Shown here: positions 1 through 13,020 of the stretch, one piece after another | Numbering within the stretch: position 1 is the stretch's first letter | Layout: each line of letters begins with the position of its first letter | Assembly (NCBI RefSeq): GCF_009914755.1 | Contig: NC_060933.1 | DNA: 64,000 nt | Source of the DNA: the human T2T-CHM13v2.0 reference genome, Homo sapiens | Reading direction: 5' to 3' (one strand) | The notes under the pieces: generated by a model | The model's input: the letters and a program-made list of their open reading frames with translations, nothing else | What the model was told of the DNA's origin: nothing | Database searches by the model: none | Program-made: the position numbers and the translations under genes

Positions 1-1210
1 CATTAGAGTCCCTTAATTTGAGCCATCTGGTATGAATTCTACCTTCCGATAGCACCCTAATTTAAACAACAATAAAAAGGAGATATGTTTTACTTTAAAT
101 ACTTTGAGAAACGGTCATTAGCAAAATCTAGTATATATAGTAAAATACCTCAGCAGCCTGCTTAAAACTAGCATTAAGGAAAATAGTCCGGCAAGATTTT
201 TTTTCCCCTGATGTATCTATCGCTCCACTTGTAACTTCACCCTCAGCCCTGAATTAGAAAAGACAAAGGGAAACTAAACATCACATATGAAACTTGCTCA
301 TCTCAAGCTACAGAGTAGGGACTTCAGATACAGTTCTACCTAGGCAGAGAATACTGTGCATTTAGAATGTCTTTGTGCCAAACCTCTTGAGAATCTAGGC
401 ATGGCACAGAGAGTACAGAAGAGGAAATAAGCTTCACATTAAAAATCTCTTACATTTTTATGATGCCAGAGTTTCCAAAATGCTTTTGCATTTTTCATAT
501 TCTTTAACTTAAATATTGCATAATTAGGAAATCAAACTGTAACAGTCAATGGAGAAGGCAAACCTAAAAGGAAAAAGAGAACATTGAATAATAGTTTTAT
601 TATAAAAGGTAAATAACATTTAGAGAGTCAGTATACAGGGCAATCTCATCTAATGCAATTGTCCCAAATTTGTAAAAAAAAAAAAAAAATTGACTGTAAA
701 GCAATTTTCTTTTAATCTAAACCTATTTTTCCATTGAGCCAAAGATGTGTTCCCCACAGGAAATATTTTAGCCCTAAGTCTAAATAAAAATCACATTTAA
801 CAATGCTACAAACACCTTTAAAGTCAATTAACTAAGGGAAAAGCTATAATATTCTGACAAAACAATAATCACACTCAAAATAATTCAGAAAATACAAATA
901 AAGTCTCCAGAATAACATTCCCTTAAGGACAAATCCACACAGAAGCAAAATCACCTGGAGGGACTTCAACATAAGGCAGCCACAGTTTAAAAAAATTAAA
1001 AACCCATGCTCTTATCTAAATCTACTTGCAATTATCATGGAGTAACATTTGAAAGACCCTGGGGAGGTCCCATTCAAAATTCTTTCCTACACTGCTGTCT
1101 AGCATTTCATTCCTGGTGCCTTATTTCTTTGGGTTAAATACCTTTTTCCCCCAGAGTCTTCTTTCAAACTAAAATATCCTTCAGAAGGATAACTTGTTGC
1201 ACCTTAGAAA

Positions 1211-1392
1211 CCATGTTCTTCAAATTGTAATCTTTGGTCCATCTACATCAGAATCACTACCAGTAATGCTTATTAAAAAATTCAGATTCTTACCCCAATC
1301 CTAGACCTTCTCAATCAGCATCCCAGGGATTGGTCTGGAAGTCTGGAATCCTAACAAGCTCCCAGGGGCATGTTAACATTTGAAAATCACTA
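1211..1392. mobile_element. MER5-type hAT-Charlie MITE remnant
   Basis: Resembles MER5 internal sequence (catcagaatcact...aattcagattct...ctaacaagctcccagggg...tttgaaaatcact) with degenerate termini. Confidence 0.6.
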
Positions 1393-3029
1393 CGTGGTGT
1401 GAATAAGGTTATCAAACTCTCCCTTTCCACTGTCCCACAGAGGGGAAGGAAGGCTATTACCTTTCCCTGTGTATATTCTGTACTCTGAGTGCAGAAGTGT
1501 TTATTCTCTGAGATGCTAGAGCCCTATAAGGATGCAATTTCAATATACTCCAAGGCAGGGTCTTTACAGTTTGTAAAGCATATTTTATTCACTCTCTATG
1601 TTAATCTTTGTAGCAATTCTGGAAGGATTATTTTTACATCAATTTTCTATATGAAAAAATAGATTTTCAGAGAGAATCTTTCCCAAGGTTACACAGAACT
1701 GAGATTCAAAACCACATCTTCTAATGCTAATTCTCATGTTCTGAGTTTAGCTTGTATCACTTGTAAAGTTAAATAGCCGTTAAAAGGGGGGGACAAAAAG
1801 AGTGAATGAAACTTAGACTGAAACTCAAATAATCAAAAGATGAGAGCACAGAATGTGATTTAAAAATCCTTATGTTTAACATTTACAATTCAAAGTAAAT
1901 TGCACTGACTGTCTATATCTCAGTCAGATTGTAATACCACAAAAACACTTAACTCTCATCAAAGGCCAACAGAACATTGGTTGCTCTCAGCCGTTTGATT
2001 TTACACTAAGCTCTAAGGATCTTTTCCAGTCTAATGTAAAATTTTTAATGTTCTACTATGGAAAGAGCACAGTGAAACAGGGTGTATTTTGGCTCAGAAA
2101 AATAAAATCTTCTTAATCTAATTTGTATTAAGCAAAATTTTAAATATGCACAAGGTAGAAAAATAGTATAATGAATCCACATGTACACATCAGCCGGTCT
2201 CAACTATTATTGATTCTGCCATTCTTGAAAAAAAAAATAGTTTTTAAAACACCCCTTTAAATTATATAACAATATGCAAATTCAGAATTTCCCACTGCAA
2301 ATCTTAAAATATTCCCTAAATAAAGAAGCAAATATGTATATTAACAAATAAATTTATACACTCATATTTTTAAGGGGAATTAATTGTTTTCCTTGTGGGA
2401 ATGCATACAAAATGCCTGCTTACAGCTCAAAAATGTGTGCATTTTCACAATCTGTTTGATGGCAAGCACTAATGGTCAGAAAAAAATAAAATTTAGTCCT
2501 TACAGTCTGTCCTGTCTTTAAGCAAAATGTGTGCCATTTACTTGGGAGCTATATAACAGATGTGGATTTAAAAGGAAGAGACCAGTTATAAAGCACTAGG
2601 GGGAAGCTGTGCAGATGTCCCTGTTTTTAATGTGTTACTATGTGGGTCCAATTTATCTCACTGCAAGTGATCTAGGACTTCATGAAACAGCTCCAGATTA
2701 TAGATCACCAATACTCTTTTTTAAAGGCCTTACATTATAAAAAGAAAAAGCATTCTTAAGCCTGGCCATTGAGGCACACAGGGTGGTGTCCTTGACACAT
2801 TAAATCTGATAAATAAAATGGAGGGAAATGCTAGGGGGACCTTCATATCCATGCAAGGATATGGACTACAAAGACATGTGCAGACAGGGCTTATGCTTTT
2901 GCGGGAAGGCCATTTCTATGATCTCCTTATGCATTAGATAGTTCGTCATACCACAATCCTGAAATAGCTCCATTACTATTAGGATGAAAAATTACTCTTT
3001 GTTTTCCTAGAACTGTAGCTTTCTACAGA

Positions 3030-3260
3030 CTTGGTAGCTATCACCTATTGAGGGCTTGTTTTGTGCCACACTAGATCCTTTATGTATAAAGATTATCTCA
3101 CTTAATTTATATAACCCTTTGAGATAGGTATTGTTAATGGGTTTCAGACATGAAGAAGCTGAGATTCAGTTATAAGTAACTTGCCAACTTGAAAACAGCT
3201 AGGAAGTGTCTGACCCAGGATCTGCACTTGGTTCTCTCTGATTCCAAAGTCTTAAGGTTC
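3030..3260 (-). mobile_element. MIR SINE fragment
   Basis: Reverse MIR core (ttcagacatgaagaagctgagattcagttataagtaacttgcc). Confidence 0.65.
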
Positions 3261-3808
3261 TAAAGCAGTATATATAGAAAGAGAGATCCTTTGCAATGTT
3301 GTTTGCAATATAAAAAATCAGCACCCACCAAAGTGTCCATTGATATTGAACAAATAAATTTTGACAAGTCCATATACTGAAATATACTCCTGTTTAAAAG
3401 ATTAAAGATAAGGAATGTATTCACATATAACCTCTATTTATTTTGGAGTGAAGGAAGCAAATTTTAGAAGATTGTTATAATAGAATTGTGCATGGAGGTG
3501 GATTGAAAGATGCATAAAGTCACACAGCCAACTTACCAGAGGTATTAGTTTCATCTCATTATTTAAATTTTTTAAACTTTATTATCAGATAAAAAGGATA
3601 ACATTTTTCCGTTTGAAACACTAAGTCCTTGCTCTTTTCTCCTCAAAAGTCAAACTGCTGGTCTGGTCCTGTCCAGTTTTTGAAAGCTGCATCAAGGGAT
3701 GTTTTGTGGGAGATGAAGGATTTATCTTTATTCAGATGTTACCTAATTTGCAAAGCTTCTCCTGACTGCTGGAGGCAGAAATAGATGCTTCCTTTCTGGG
3801 TTCCCAGG

Positions 3809-4837
3809 TGAAGGGGTGGGTTGCCCCTCCACACCTGTGGGTGTTTCTCATTAGGTGGAACGGAGAGACTTGGAAAAGAAAAAGACACAGAGACAAAGTA
3901 TAGAGAAAGAAATAAGGGGGCCCAGGGGACCAGCGTTCAGCATACGGAGGATCCCGCCAGCCTCTGAGTTCCCTTAGTATTTATTGATCATTTTTGGGTG
4001 TTTCTCAGAGAGGGAGATGTGGCAGGGTCATAGGATAATAGTGGAGAGAAGGTCAGCAGATAAACACGTGAACAAAGGTCTCTGCATCATAGACAAGGTA
4101 AAGAATTAAGTGCTGTGCTTTAGGTATGCATACACATAAACATGTCAATGCCTTACAGAGCAGTATTGTTGCCTGCGTGTCCCACCTCCAGCCCTAAGGC
4201 GGTTTTCCCCTATCTCAGTAGATGGAACATACAATCGGGTTTTATACCGAGACATTCCATTGCCCAGGGACGGGCAGGAGACAGATGCCTTCCTCTTGTC
4301 TCAACTGCAAAGAGGCATGCCTTCCTCTCATACTAATCCTCCTCAGCACAGACCCTTTACGGGTGTCGGGCTGGGGGACGGTCAGCTCTTTCCCTTCCCA
4401 CGAGGCCATATTCCCTTTACGGGTGTCGGGCTGGGGGACGGTCAGGTCTTTCCCTTCCCACGAGGCCATATTTCAGACTATCACATGGGGAGAAACCTTT
4501 GACGATACCTGGCTTTCCTAGGCAGAGGTCCCTGCGGCCTTCCGCAGTGTTTGTGTCCCTGGGTACTTGAGATTAGGGAGTGGTGATGACTCTTAACGAG
4601 CATGCTGCCTTCAAGCATCTGTTTAACAAAGCACATCTTGCACCGCACTTAATCCATTTAACCGTGAGTTGACACAGCACATGTTTCAGAGAGCACGGGG
4701 TTGGGGGTAAGGTTACAGATTAACAGCATCTCAGGGCAGAAGAATTTGTCTTAGTACAGAACAAAATGGAGTCTCCTATGTCTACCTCTTTCCACACAGA
4801 CACAGTAACAATCTGATCTCTCTTGCTTTTCCCCACA
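3809..4837 (-). mobile_element. Solo LTR of HERV-K(HML-2), LTR5 family (LTR5B-like rather than LTR5_Hs)
   Basis: Reverse complement begins TGTGGGGAAAAGCAAGAGAGATCAGATTG and ends CCCACCCCTTCA. TSD CCAGG at 3804-3808 and 4838-4842. TATA-like TATAAAA at 4240-4246 and AATAAA at 3980-3985 on minus. No internal proviral sequence. Confidence 0.96.
4353..4472. repeat. 60-bp tandem duplication inside the LTR5
   Basis: 4353-4412 and 4413-4472 are identical except c4386/g4446. Confidence 0.97.
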
Positions 4838-5144
4838 CCAGGACATCCGGAATACATTCCTTGTTATAACAGCTATGTCTTTGCTGTAAACATCAGGGTT
4901 ATACCTTTGCTGAACTCTGAGATCCTCAAGGGAAGGAACCACACTTCTTTTACCTGGCACATGACATATGTTTAATAAATATTTCATGAGTGAATAAGTG
5001 AATGAGTGAAGGAAAGAAGGAAAAAATGTTAGAGATAATGTTTAATTTCAAAAAGCAGGTGATATGTTCAAAACCCCCATCGGAGAACTATAGTAGCCCA
5101 TTATGACCCAATGAAAGCCTGAGCTGAAGGTACCGCTGTTGACA

Positions 5145-5388
5145 GAGCCCTGGATCGTGAAAGGAACCTGGACTTTGGGGTTCGACAACGGATACAAATC
5201 CTGGAACTGCCGCGTAGTAGTTTTGTGGGAAAGTCTCTTCATCTCTCTGAGTCTTAGAGCCCCCATCTGTAAAATGAATAGGATAATATTGTCATTTCAG
5301 GTTTGCGGTGAGGATGAAGTTGGATGAAATATGTATACTGCCTGGCACATAGTAGACACGCAGTAGGTATTTGCTGTCATCATTATTA
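5145..5388 (+). mobile_element. MIR SINE
   Basis: MIR core tctctctgagtcttagagccccatctgtaaaatgaatagg and 3' cctggcacatagtag. Confidence 0.75.
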
Positions 5389-5917
5389 CACAGCCTATTA
5401 GGTGAAGAGTATTTGTGCTGCCTTCCAGGAGCCCAAGAGTACAAAATTAAGGACTGCTCTTAGGCTTTTGATCCAGCACTGACCATTCCTGTAACAGGAA
5501 TGTCCCTAAATCCTCCAGGTGGTCAGATGGATGTCTTGGGTGCTCTGTCTCATGGGGCATCTACCAGACCAGTCTGACTCTTGGCCAAGGAAGAATGACA
5601 TGGACTCAAAAAGTGTCTCCTAGAGAGAAAGTTGAAGTCTTTGGTGAACTTTAGAAGCCTTGGTTTCATGTAATCAAAGATAGTGCCCAACTTACAAAAA
5701 AAAAAAAAAAAAAAAAGGAAATATCAGGGACTTGAATGCATCATTAGTGGGAACAGATCCTGGACCAACCTTTCTTGTGAGGAGGGAGGAAGGGAGACAA
5801 ACTGACAGAATCTATCAATGTGTAAAGTATCCATTACTATTTTTTAAATTTATGTTATTTTTTATTGTTGCATTGTTATTTTGCTTTTTTAAAAAAATTT
5901 GCTGCACATTTGGGTTT

Positions 5918-6163
5918 TCTTTCTTTTTCAACTTTCACTTTAGATTCAGGGGTACACATGCAAGTTTGTTACCTGGGCATATTGCATGATGCTGAGGTTT
6001 GGGGTACAAATGATCCAGTTACCCAGGTACTGACCACAGTGCCAAACAGTTTTTCAACCCTTGCCCCCCTTTCTCCCTTCCCCCTCTAGCAGTCCTCAGT
6101 GTCTATTGTTGCCATTTTTATGTCCAGGAGTACCCAATGTTTAGCTCCCATGTTAAGTGAAAA
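5918..6163 (-). mobile_element. L1 3' end fragment (older L1PA/L1PB type)
   Basis: tagattcaggggtacacatgcaagtttgttacctgggcatattgcatgatgctgaggtttgggg matches the reverse L1 3'UTR. Confidence 0.85.
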
Positions 6164-7526
6164 GAATTCAGCAATTGTTCATCTCAGAATGGATCCTATG
6201 GAAATACCTGCAAAAAATGTGCAATTCTACACAAATAGTGTGAAGCACTGTTTGCAGCAGTGAAAAATCAGCAACAAACCAAATCTGTAGGGAAATGATG
6301 TATCCCTCTAGTGGTATACACTGCAGCTGTTAAAATGAAATAGATCTACATATACTTCCATGATAAAAATGTGCAAGGCGTATGAATAAGTGGAAAAAGA
6401 AAATTGCAGGGCAACATGAGCTCAATTTTGTAAAAAATAATAATAATTATTATGTTTGTGTATAGAAAAAACCTGGGAATGTATATTTATTCCAAATTAT
6501 CTACCACAGGGTGACATGAGGGGGCATTCACTTTCTACTCTATGTAGTACCTTAAACATTTAAATATTATAAATGAACATGCATTCCTTTGGTAACTAAA
6601 AAACAAAAAAATTATATAATTAAATCTAAATTATTAACAGAAATAAAGTAAAATATGGGATAAAGCGTGACTTTGTTAAAGTCTTAAACTATCCTTTTTG
6701 ATGATTCTAGTCCCCAAGGTCCTTTGACTTTTAGCCAGAGAATTGGCCACGCCCTACAATTCTGTTAGCTCACTTGATAGGTCTGAGTGATGATAGGAGA
6801 ATACCTAGAATGACTTTTTTTTTTCTTTTTTCAAAATGAACAAAAGCCTAATGTACAACCTGGCTGTGAAATATGTATTGCCCCTTGGTTAAAGAAGTGA
6901 CCTCCAATGGGCAATAATTCCTCTAGATTGAACATTTTGTTACAATTGTCCACAGAAACTTAAAGAGGTTATTTCCTTGATCTGCAGGGCATTCATTTTC
7001 TACTATAAGCATCCCATAGTGTAATGTATATACCCTACATATAGAAGATAAATAGCATTTCTCTATTGCTTTTCCCCTGAACTTCTTGATACAAGTGGTG
7101 GAAATGATTTGATCTGAATCACTTTTGAGCCTCAGCATTCAAGCGTTCCTAGCTGTTCTTCTCTCTCATTTCCACCACTGTTGCATATTCTTTCTTTAAA
7201 TAAAAAAAAAAAAAAGTCACCCCCACTCATTTAAAATTGAAAAAATAAAAATAAAAATAAAAATATTTCCCATTTACTAAATGGATGAAATGGACAAAAT
7301 CCAGTGTTGGTGTACTTTTGGGGGTGCAGATTAGTATGATTCTTCTAGGAAATAGTTTGTCAACATGTATCAGAATGGAAAATGTAAATCCTTTTGACTC
7401 AGCCATCTTACCCAAGAGTGAAAAGATGTATGCTTCATTAAAAAACCAGAAACAACCAGTACTGTCATTAGCAGGATAGGTTAAAAACCGTGGCATATTC
7501 AGACAATAAAACATTAGTTTTCAGAT

Positions 7527-7990
7527 ATAGGTGGGTAGAATAGTGTCCCCCCAACATTCATATTTACCTGAAACCTCAGAATGTGATCCTCTTTGGAAAT
7601 AGGATATTTTCTGATGTAATTAAGGATCTCAAGATGAAATCATCCTGGGTTTAGGGTGGGCTGTAAATCCAACGACTGGTGTCCTTATTAAAAACAAAGG
7701 AGAGGACACAGAGAAACACACAGACACACACAGGGAAGAAGCCCATGTGGATGGAGGCAGAGATTGGAGAGATGCAGCCACAAGCCAAGAAACACTGAGG
7801 ATGGTCAATATCACAGGAAGCCAGGAGAGTGGAATGGAACAGGTTTTCCTTCAAGGCCTCCAGAAGAACCAACCCATCAAAACCTTGATTTCAGATTTTT
7901 GGCCTCCTGGTTGTGAGAGAATAAACTTCTGGTTGTTCTAAGACACTCTGTTTGTGATAGTTTGTTACGACGGCCCTAGGAAACTAATAC
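7527..7990 (+). mobile_element. MLT1C-like MaLR solo LTR
   Basis: aacctcagaatgtga...tttggaaatagg...ggaggcagagattggag...gagagaataaa...ccctaggaaactaataca. Confidence 0.85.
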
Positions 7991-8435
7991 AGACACAATG
8001 TCTGGGATTTGTTTAAAAATGATCCAGTGATGAGGTGAGGAGTGAAAGAGAGATACAGATGAAACAAAATTAGATAATAGATCCATGGGGGGATTATATA
8101 ATATTTTGAATGTTTTTGTATGTTTGAAATTTTCCATAATGAAAAGTTAAAAAGAAATACTATGTAAATTAAAATTCACTGGCATAGAAAGATATCTATG
8201 AATGTATTGTTCACTTGAATAAAATAAGTCACTAAGTTTGTTGGTATCTTATGATTTATCCTGAAGAGAGATTTCTGGAAGATGCGTATCACAATGTTAT
8301 GCCTCCTCATTTCTGAGTGGTGTGATTTGAGTTGATTTCTTCTTCCTATTATTTGTTTGTATTGTTGGAATTGTTTACAACATGAATCATTTGTATTTTA
8401 AAAGATTAACCTAGTTTCAATAATAATAATATCCT

Positions 8436-8806
<371 letters not shown>

Positions 8807-9613
8807 CTATTCCCATTTTAATGAAGATAGGAGCTCAAGGAAATAACCTCCCTAACATCAGTAAGGATTTTGGATCAGGATTCCAAATTAAGTCCAGGTT
8901 TTGCCAAAATGGAAGGTGATGTCATTGTCTGTTGTTACATTGGACATTTCCTTTTCACTCTCAACAGAAGACTTTAAGAAGTTTGATCCCCACTCAGACA
9001 TCACCAGATACTGACCTGATAGTAGGACATTTGCCCAGCCTCTGGCCGTAAGAGATATCCTAAAGCCAGTGTTGTCTCCTTGTGAATAAAGAGGGTCATC
9101 CTTTACAACAGTGACATTCAAGTAGTGCTAGAGGAAAGAATGAGATTCAGGGATTCTCATCCTTTCAATCTCCCTCCACTCCAACCAGCCAGGCTGATGA
9201 AATGCAAGGAAAACATTCAAAGAGGGTTAAAATTCTAATGGGTAAAAGAAGTAACTCTATCAAGGAGAGTAAATACGTGACATATTTTCTCCCCACTCCC
9301 AGGTCTGTGACAGCCACCACTAACTGACTGCCATTCTTTCAAACTAAAGGTTGGATGACAATCCAATAGAGATCTGCTCCCAATAGTGTTGGTACACAAG
9401 GTGCAACCCATTTGCCATCCCTAGATCCTATTCCGAATCAAATTCTGATCAAAGGTCAAACAACCAGTTTCTTAGCAAAATAGCAAAGCAGAAGTGAGTG
9501 GCATCTTGGAAAAAGAGTACTGATGTCACTGCCAGTTTGGGATTAAAAAAAAAAAAAACACTCAGTATAGTCATTCATTTCACTGAGCATTTACTAAGAA
9601 CCTACTGTGTGTC

Positions 9614-9910
<297 letters not shown>

Positions 9911-10254
9911 GAACCTACTGTGTATCAGCTCTAGTGATGTAAAGAAAACTAAAACACAGTCTCTGCCCCTGAGAAGTTTAGAAGAAAAAGCAAATTGCTC
10001 TGGAAATTAGGAAGATAGACTTCAGAAAGACTATAAAACAAGATGCACAAGATTCTGCTTTGTGTGGGGGCTCCCTGTCCTTGACTAGAGCTACCAGTCT
10101 GAAGGTAGACTCGGAGTTTAGACTTTTCCAAAGCTACGATCCATGGACTGCTCCAGGCAAATGTACAGGCTTTATTCTTTGCTTTAACCAGAAACCCACA
10201 AGAAGTGCAAGAAATCCAAAGGTGCTGATTATCCGTGGATTATAGGAACAATCG

Positions 10255-10455
10255 CTACTGTCATTTGTTGAGCAAGTGTCAGGCACGTTTCATTTATAAT
10301 CTCTAATCCTCACAACAACTCTGCAAGGTAGGTTTGTAATCCTCATTTTATTCATGAGGAAAATAAAGTTCCAAGAGGTGAATAACATGACCAGGAAATA
10401 GCCTTTAAAAGAGATTTAAACTTAGGTCTCTTTGAGTTTATGTGCTTTTCTACTT
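10255..10455 (-). mobile_element. MIR SINE
   Basis: taatcctcacaacaactctgcaaggtagg...cctcattttattcatgaggaaa. Confidence 0.75.
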
Positions 10456-12224
10456 AGCTTTCCCACTTAGATACTACACGACTTCTGAAAAGGGAAAAAA
10501 TATGTGTATTAGTGTGAACAGGCACACTAACATATGTATACGACATACACATGGGCATGTATCCAGAAAAGGCCAAAAACCATACAGTTACTGAGGAGGA
10601 CAACTTTCTACAACTTACCAGAACCAAACAGTAATGGATGCCATTAACACACTGATACAGACATATAAATTGAAGAAAGTGGCTTCTGATTATAGGAAAT
10701 GCTCTCCAAAGCATTTGATTTATAGACTCAAATCAGGAAATAATTTCTCACTGCATACCTTCTTTAGTGTTTACATAGCAACTAAGAACCTAATCCTACT
10801 TTTTGAAACTGCCAGACTCTAAGAAAAGAGAACAAGCAGCACATGAAATCATTTCAACAGAATAGCAGCAGTAACGTTGCCACCCTTGGTCTTGGTTGTG
10901 CCACTCCTTTCTTCTAAGTTACCAAGGGGCCAAGGGACAGAAAGGAAACAAAGATAACAGAACCAGCATATTTTGGAGAAAGGTGAGATGAGGGGCAAAA
11001 GGCTCAGTTCATCTGTCCAAAGATCTCTAACAGAAAAAAAAAAAAAAATTTCAGGAAACAAGACCAATCTAAGGTGCTGCAAAATGAAAAAAAAATCTTC
11101 ACATCAAATAAGAGCTTTCTTCCTAGAATAAATAAATCCCTCAGATTAGGTAAACACCCAAAATTAAAACACACGATTATTGTATTTCTTTTGTATTGCC
11201 AACATGTTCCCGTGCTCCAGTCGAAGCAAAAGATTAAACATCCTTATATTTTTGTTGTGATTTTACTGCCAAATGCAAATATCTGACTGTAAGTAAGTCA
11301 TTACTCTCCTGCTGTTGTGGTCTGATTAATTCTCACAATATTAGCCAGCAATTCATTTTATCCCTTGGCATCACAAGTCCAGTTGAAGGAGATAAGTAGC
11401 TGATAAAAGATCTCTGAGAACAGTTATAAATGATTCACTTTAAAAGAATAATAAAGCAGCCGCTGGATAAGTGCGGCTGAGTAAACCTTCCATACATTGC
11501 ACAAAACTAATTTAGTTTAAAAAACTTCGGCAAATTATAGTCAATAATCTTCACTGTCACCCCGCTGCTCACAAAACTTTTGAGAAGAAACTTAATGCTG
11601 AAATGTAAATATTTAATTAGATTTTAATGGTGAGGTTTATTTTTCCTAAATCTGGTCATCTGTCTCAATTACATTCCCCATTTTTTACAGTTAACCAGGA
11701 ATTGTCATTCCCATGGGCTTTAGGCATGTTTTCTTTTTTCTAATTCCTACTTAGCATTTGCTTTCTTCACAATGTAGTTCTTGCGGGAAAGGGCTTGGTT
11801 TGTTCTGTTTCGGAAAAAAAAAAAAAAAAAAGCAACATTTGGGGAAAAAAAAATACATGTTCTGAGCAATGCTTTTAAAGCTAATTGTCCTTCTGTCCTA
11901 ATAATAAAGAATCTTCAGCAGCTAAACAATTAATTGTCTTTTTTCTACCTCACTGAACAGGGTAATTAATATGCGTTTGTATTTATGTAACGCCTAAGTA
12001 AAGCAGTTCTCTATGTACTTGGAGATTCTAAAGGTATATTTCTTTCCAATGTATTCTGTAGTTTTAATTTTGCACGAATTTGCAGAAATCAGTGAAACGT
12101 AACTTGTTTATGTCCCTTCCTCCAAAGCCAATATTAAAATCTGTCTTTCCTTCTGTTAAGCATAAAACTCTTCTGAACTGTTATGGGGGAGATAACGAAA
12201 CTGTTTTCCTTAGCCTCTGTTCTT

Positions 12225-12816
12225 TGTTCCAATCATCAAGCTACATATCCCGCTTCAGACCCACCCTTCTGTGCTGGGCTTTGTGATGGGGCAGGAATTC
12301 TGAGAACCACCTTGCCAGCTGCTTTGTTAGACTCAGCCAACAGGGGGCACTAAGGGAAGCCGGAGGGTGGAAGGGACTTGCCTGTCCTGTCGGCGTCATG
12401 TTGCTATGGGCATCACCCCAGCAGCGTTTCTTCACCCTGGCAGCAGCAACTTGCTCCTGTAGCAGGATTTGATTCCAGTTTGTAGTTTTTCCTGCAATTA
12501 CAAAACAGCCTCGACTCACGCTCTCGTAGACACCAGCACCAGCAAGGAGTGCATCTTCCCCAGAGTTCTGGGTTCCAGCCCCAGGGGGCCTTTCCTCCAA
12601 GCTCCTAGGTTTGACGATTTCAACCTCCTCGCAGACATTTGTTCCCCCAACCCAATGCCTTGTCACTGCTTCCCGAAGCTGCCACATCTGTGATTATCTT
12701 AATGTTCACTTTTTGCATTTTCAGTTCATTAACACCTTTAGTGCAATTTTTAATATTCAATTTAGTAAAATGAATCGGTGTGGTTTTGGTCTCCTGGTCT
12801 GATCTTGACTGCTACA
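12225..12816 (+). mobile_element. LTR41-like ERVL solo LTR
   Basis: TG...CA ends; acccacccttctgtgctgggctttgtgatg...gccaacagggggcact matches remembered LTR41 consensus. Confidence 0.75.
12334..12352 (+). promoter_or_regulatory. CTCF core motif in LTR41
   Basis: CAGCCAACAGGGGGCACTA versus consensus TGGCCACCAGGGGGCGCTA. Confidence 0.7.
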
Positions 12817-12839
12817 CCCTTGCTTACTTTTAAAGCAGG

Positions 12840-13020
12840 TGCACCTGAGTTGGAATTCCAGCACTGCCACTTACTAGCTGTGTGATCTTGGCCAATTACT
12901 TACAATTTCTGAGCTTTGGTTTTTTTCTTATGCAAAATGGGTATAATATCCTAGAGCTGTTATGCTTAACGAGATGACCTATGTCAAGTGGCTTAAAGAC
13001 AGTAAGGCCAAAAAATGTTG
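12840..13020 (+). mobile_element. MIR SINE
   Basis: ctgccacttactagctgtgtgatcttggcc...gcaaaatgggtataat. Confidence 0.8.

Noticed and set aside
4142-4521. Overlapping ORFs with repeated peptides (PLRVSGWGTV twice)
   Set aside because: These are translations of the LTR5 60-bp duplication, not a gene.
5059-5129. Possible cassette exon (cag|gtgata...gaag|gtaccg)
   Set aside because: No polypyrimidine tract, weak donor and no recognisable protein.
12241-12687. 148-aa minus-strand ORF
   Set aside because: Lies entirely within an LTR41 and shows no domain similarity.
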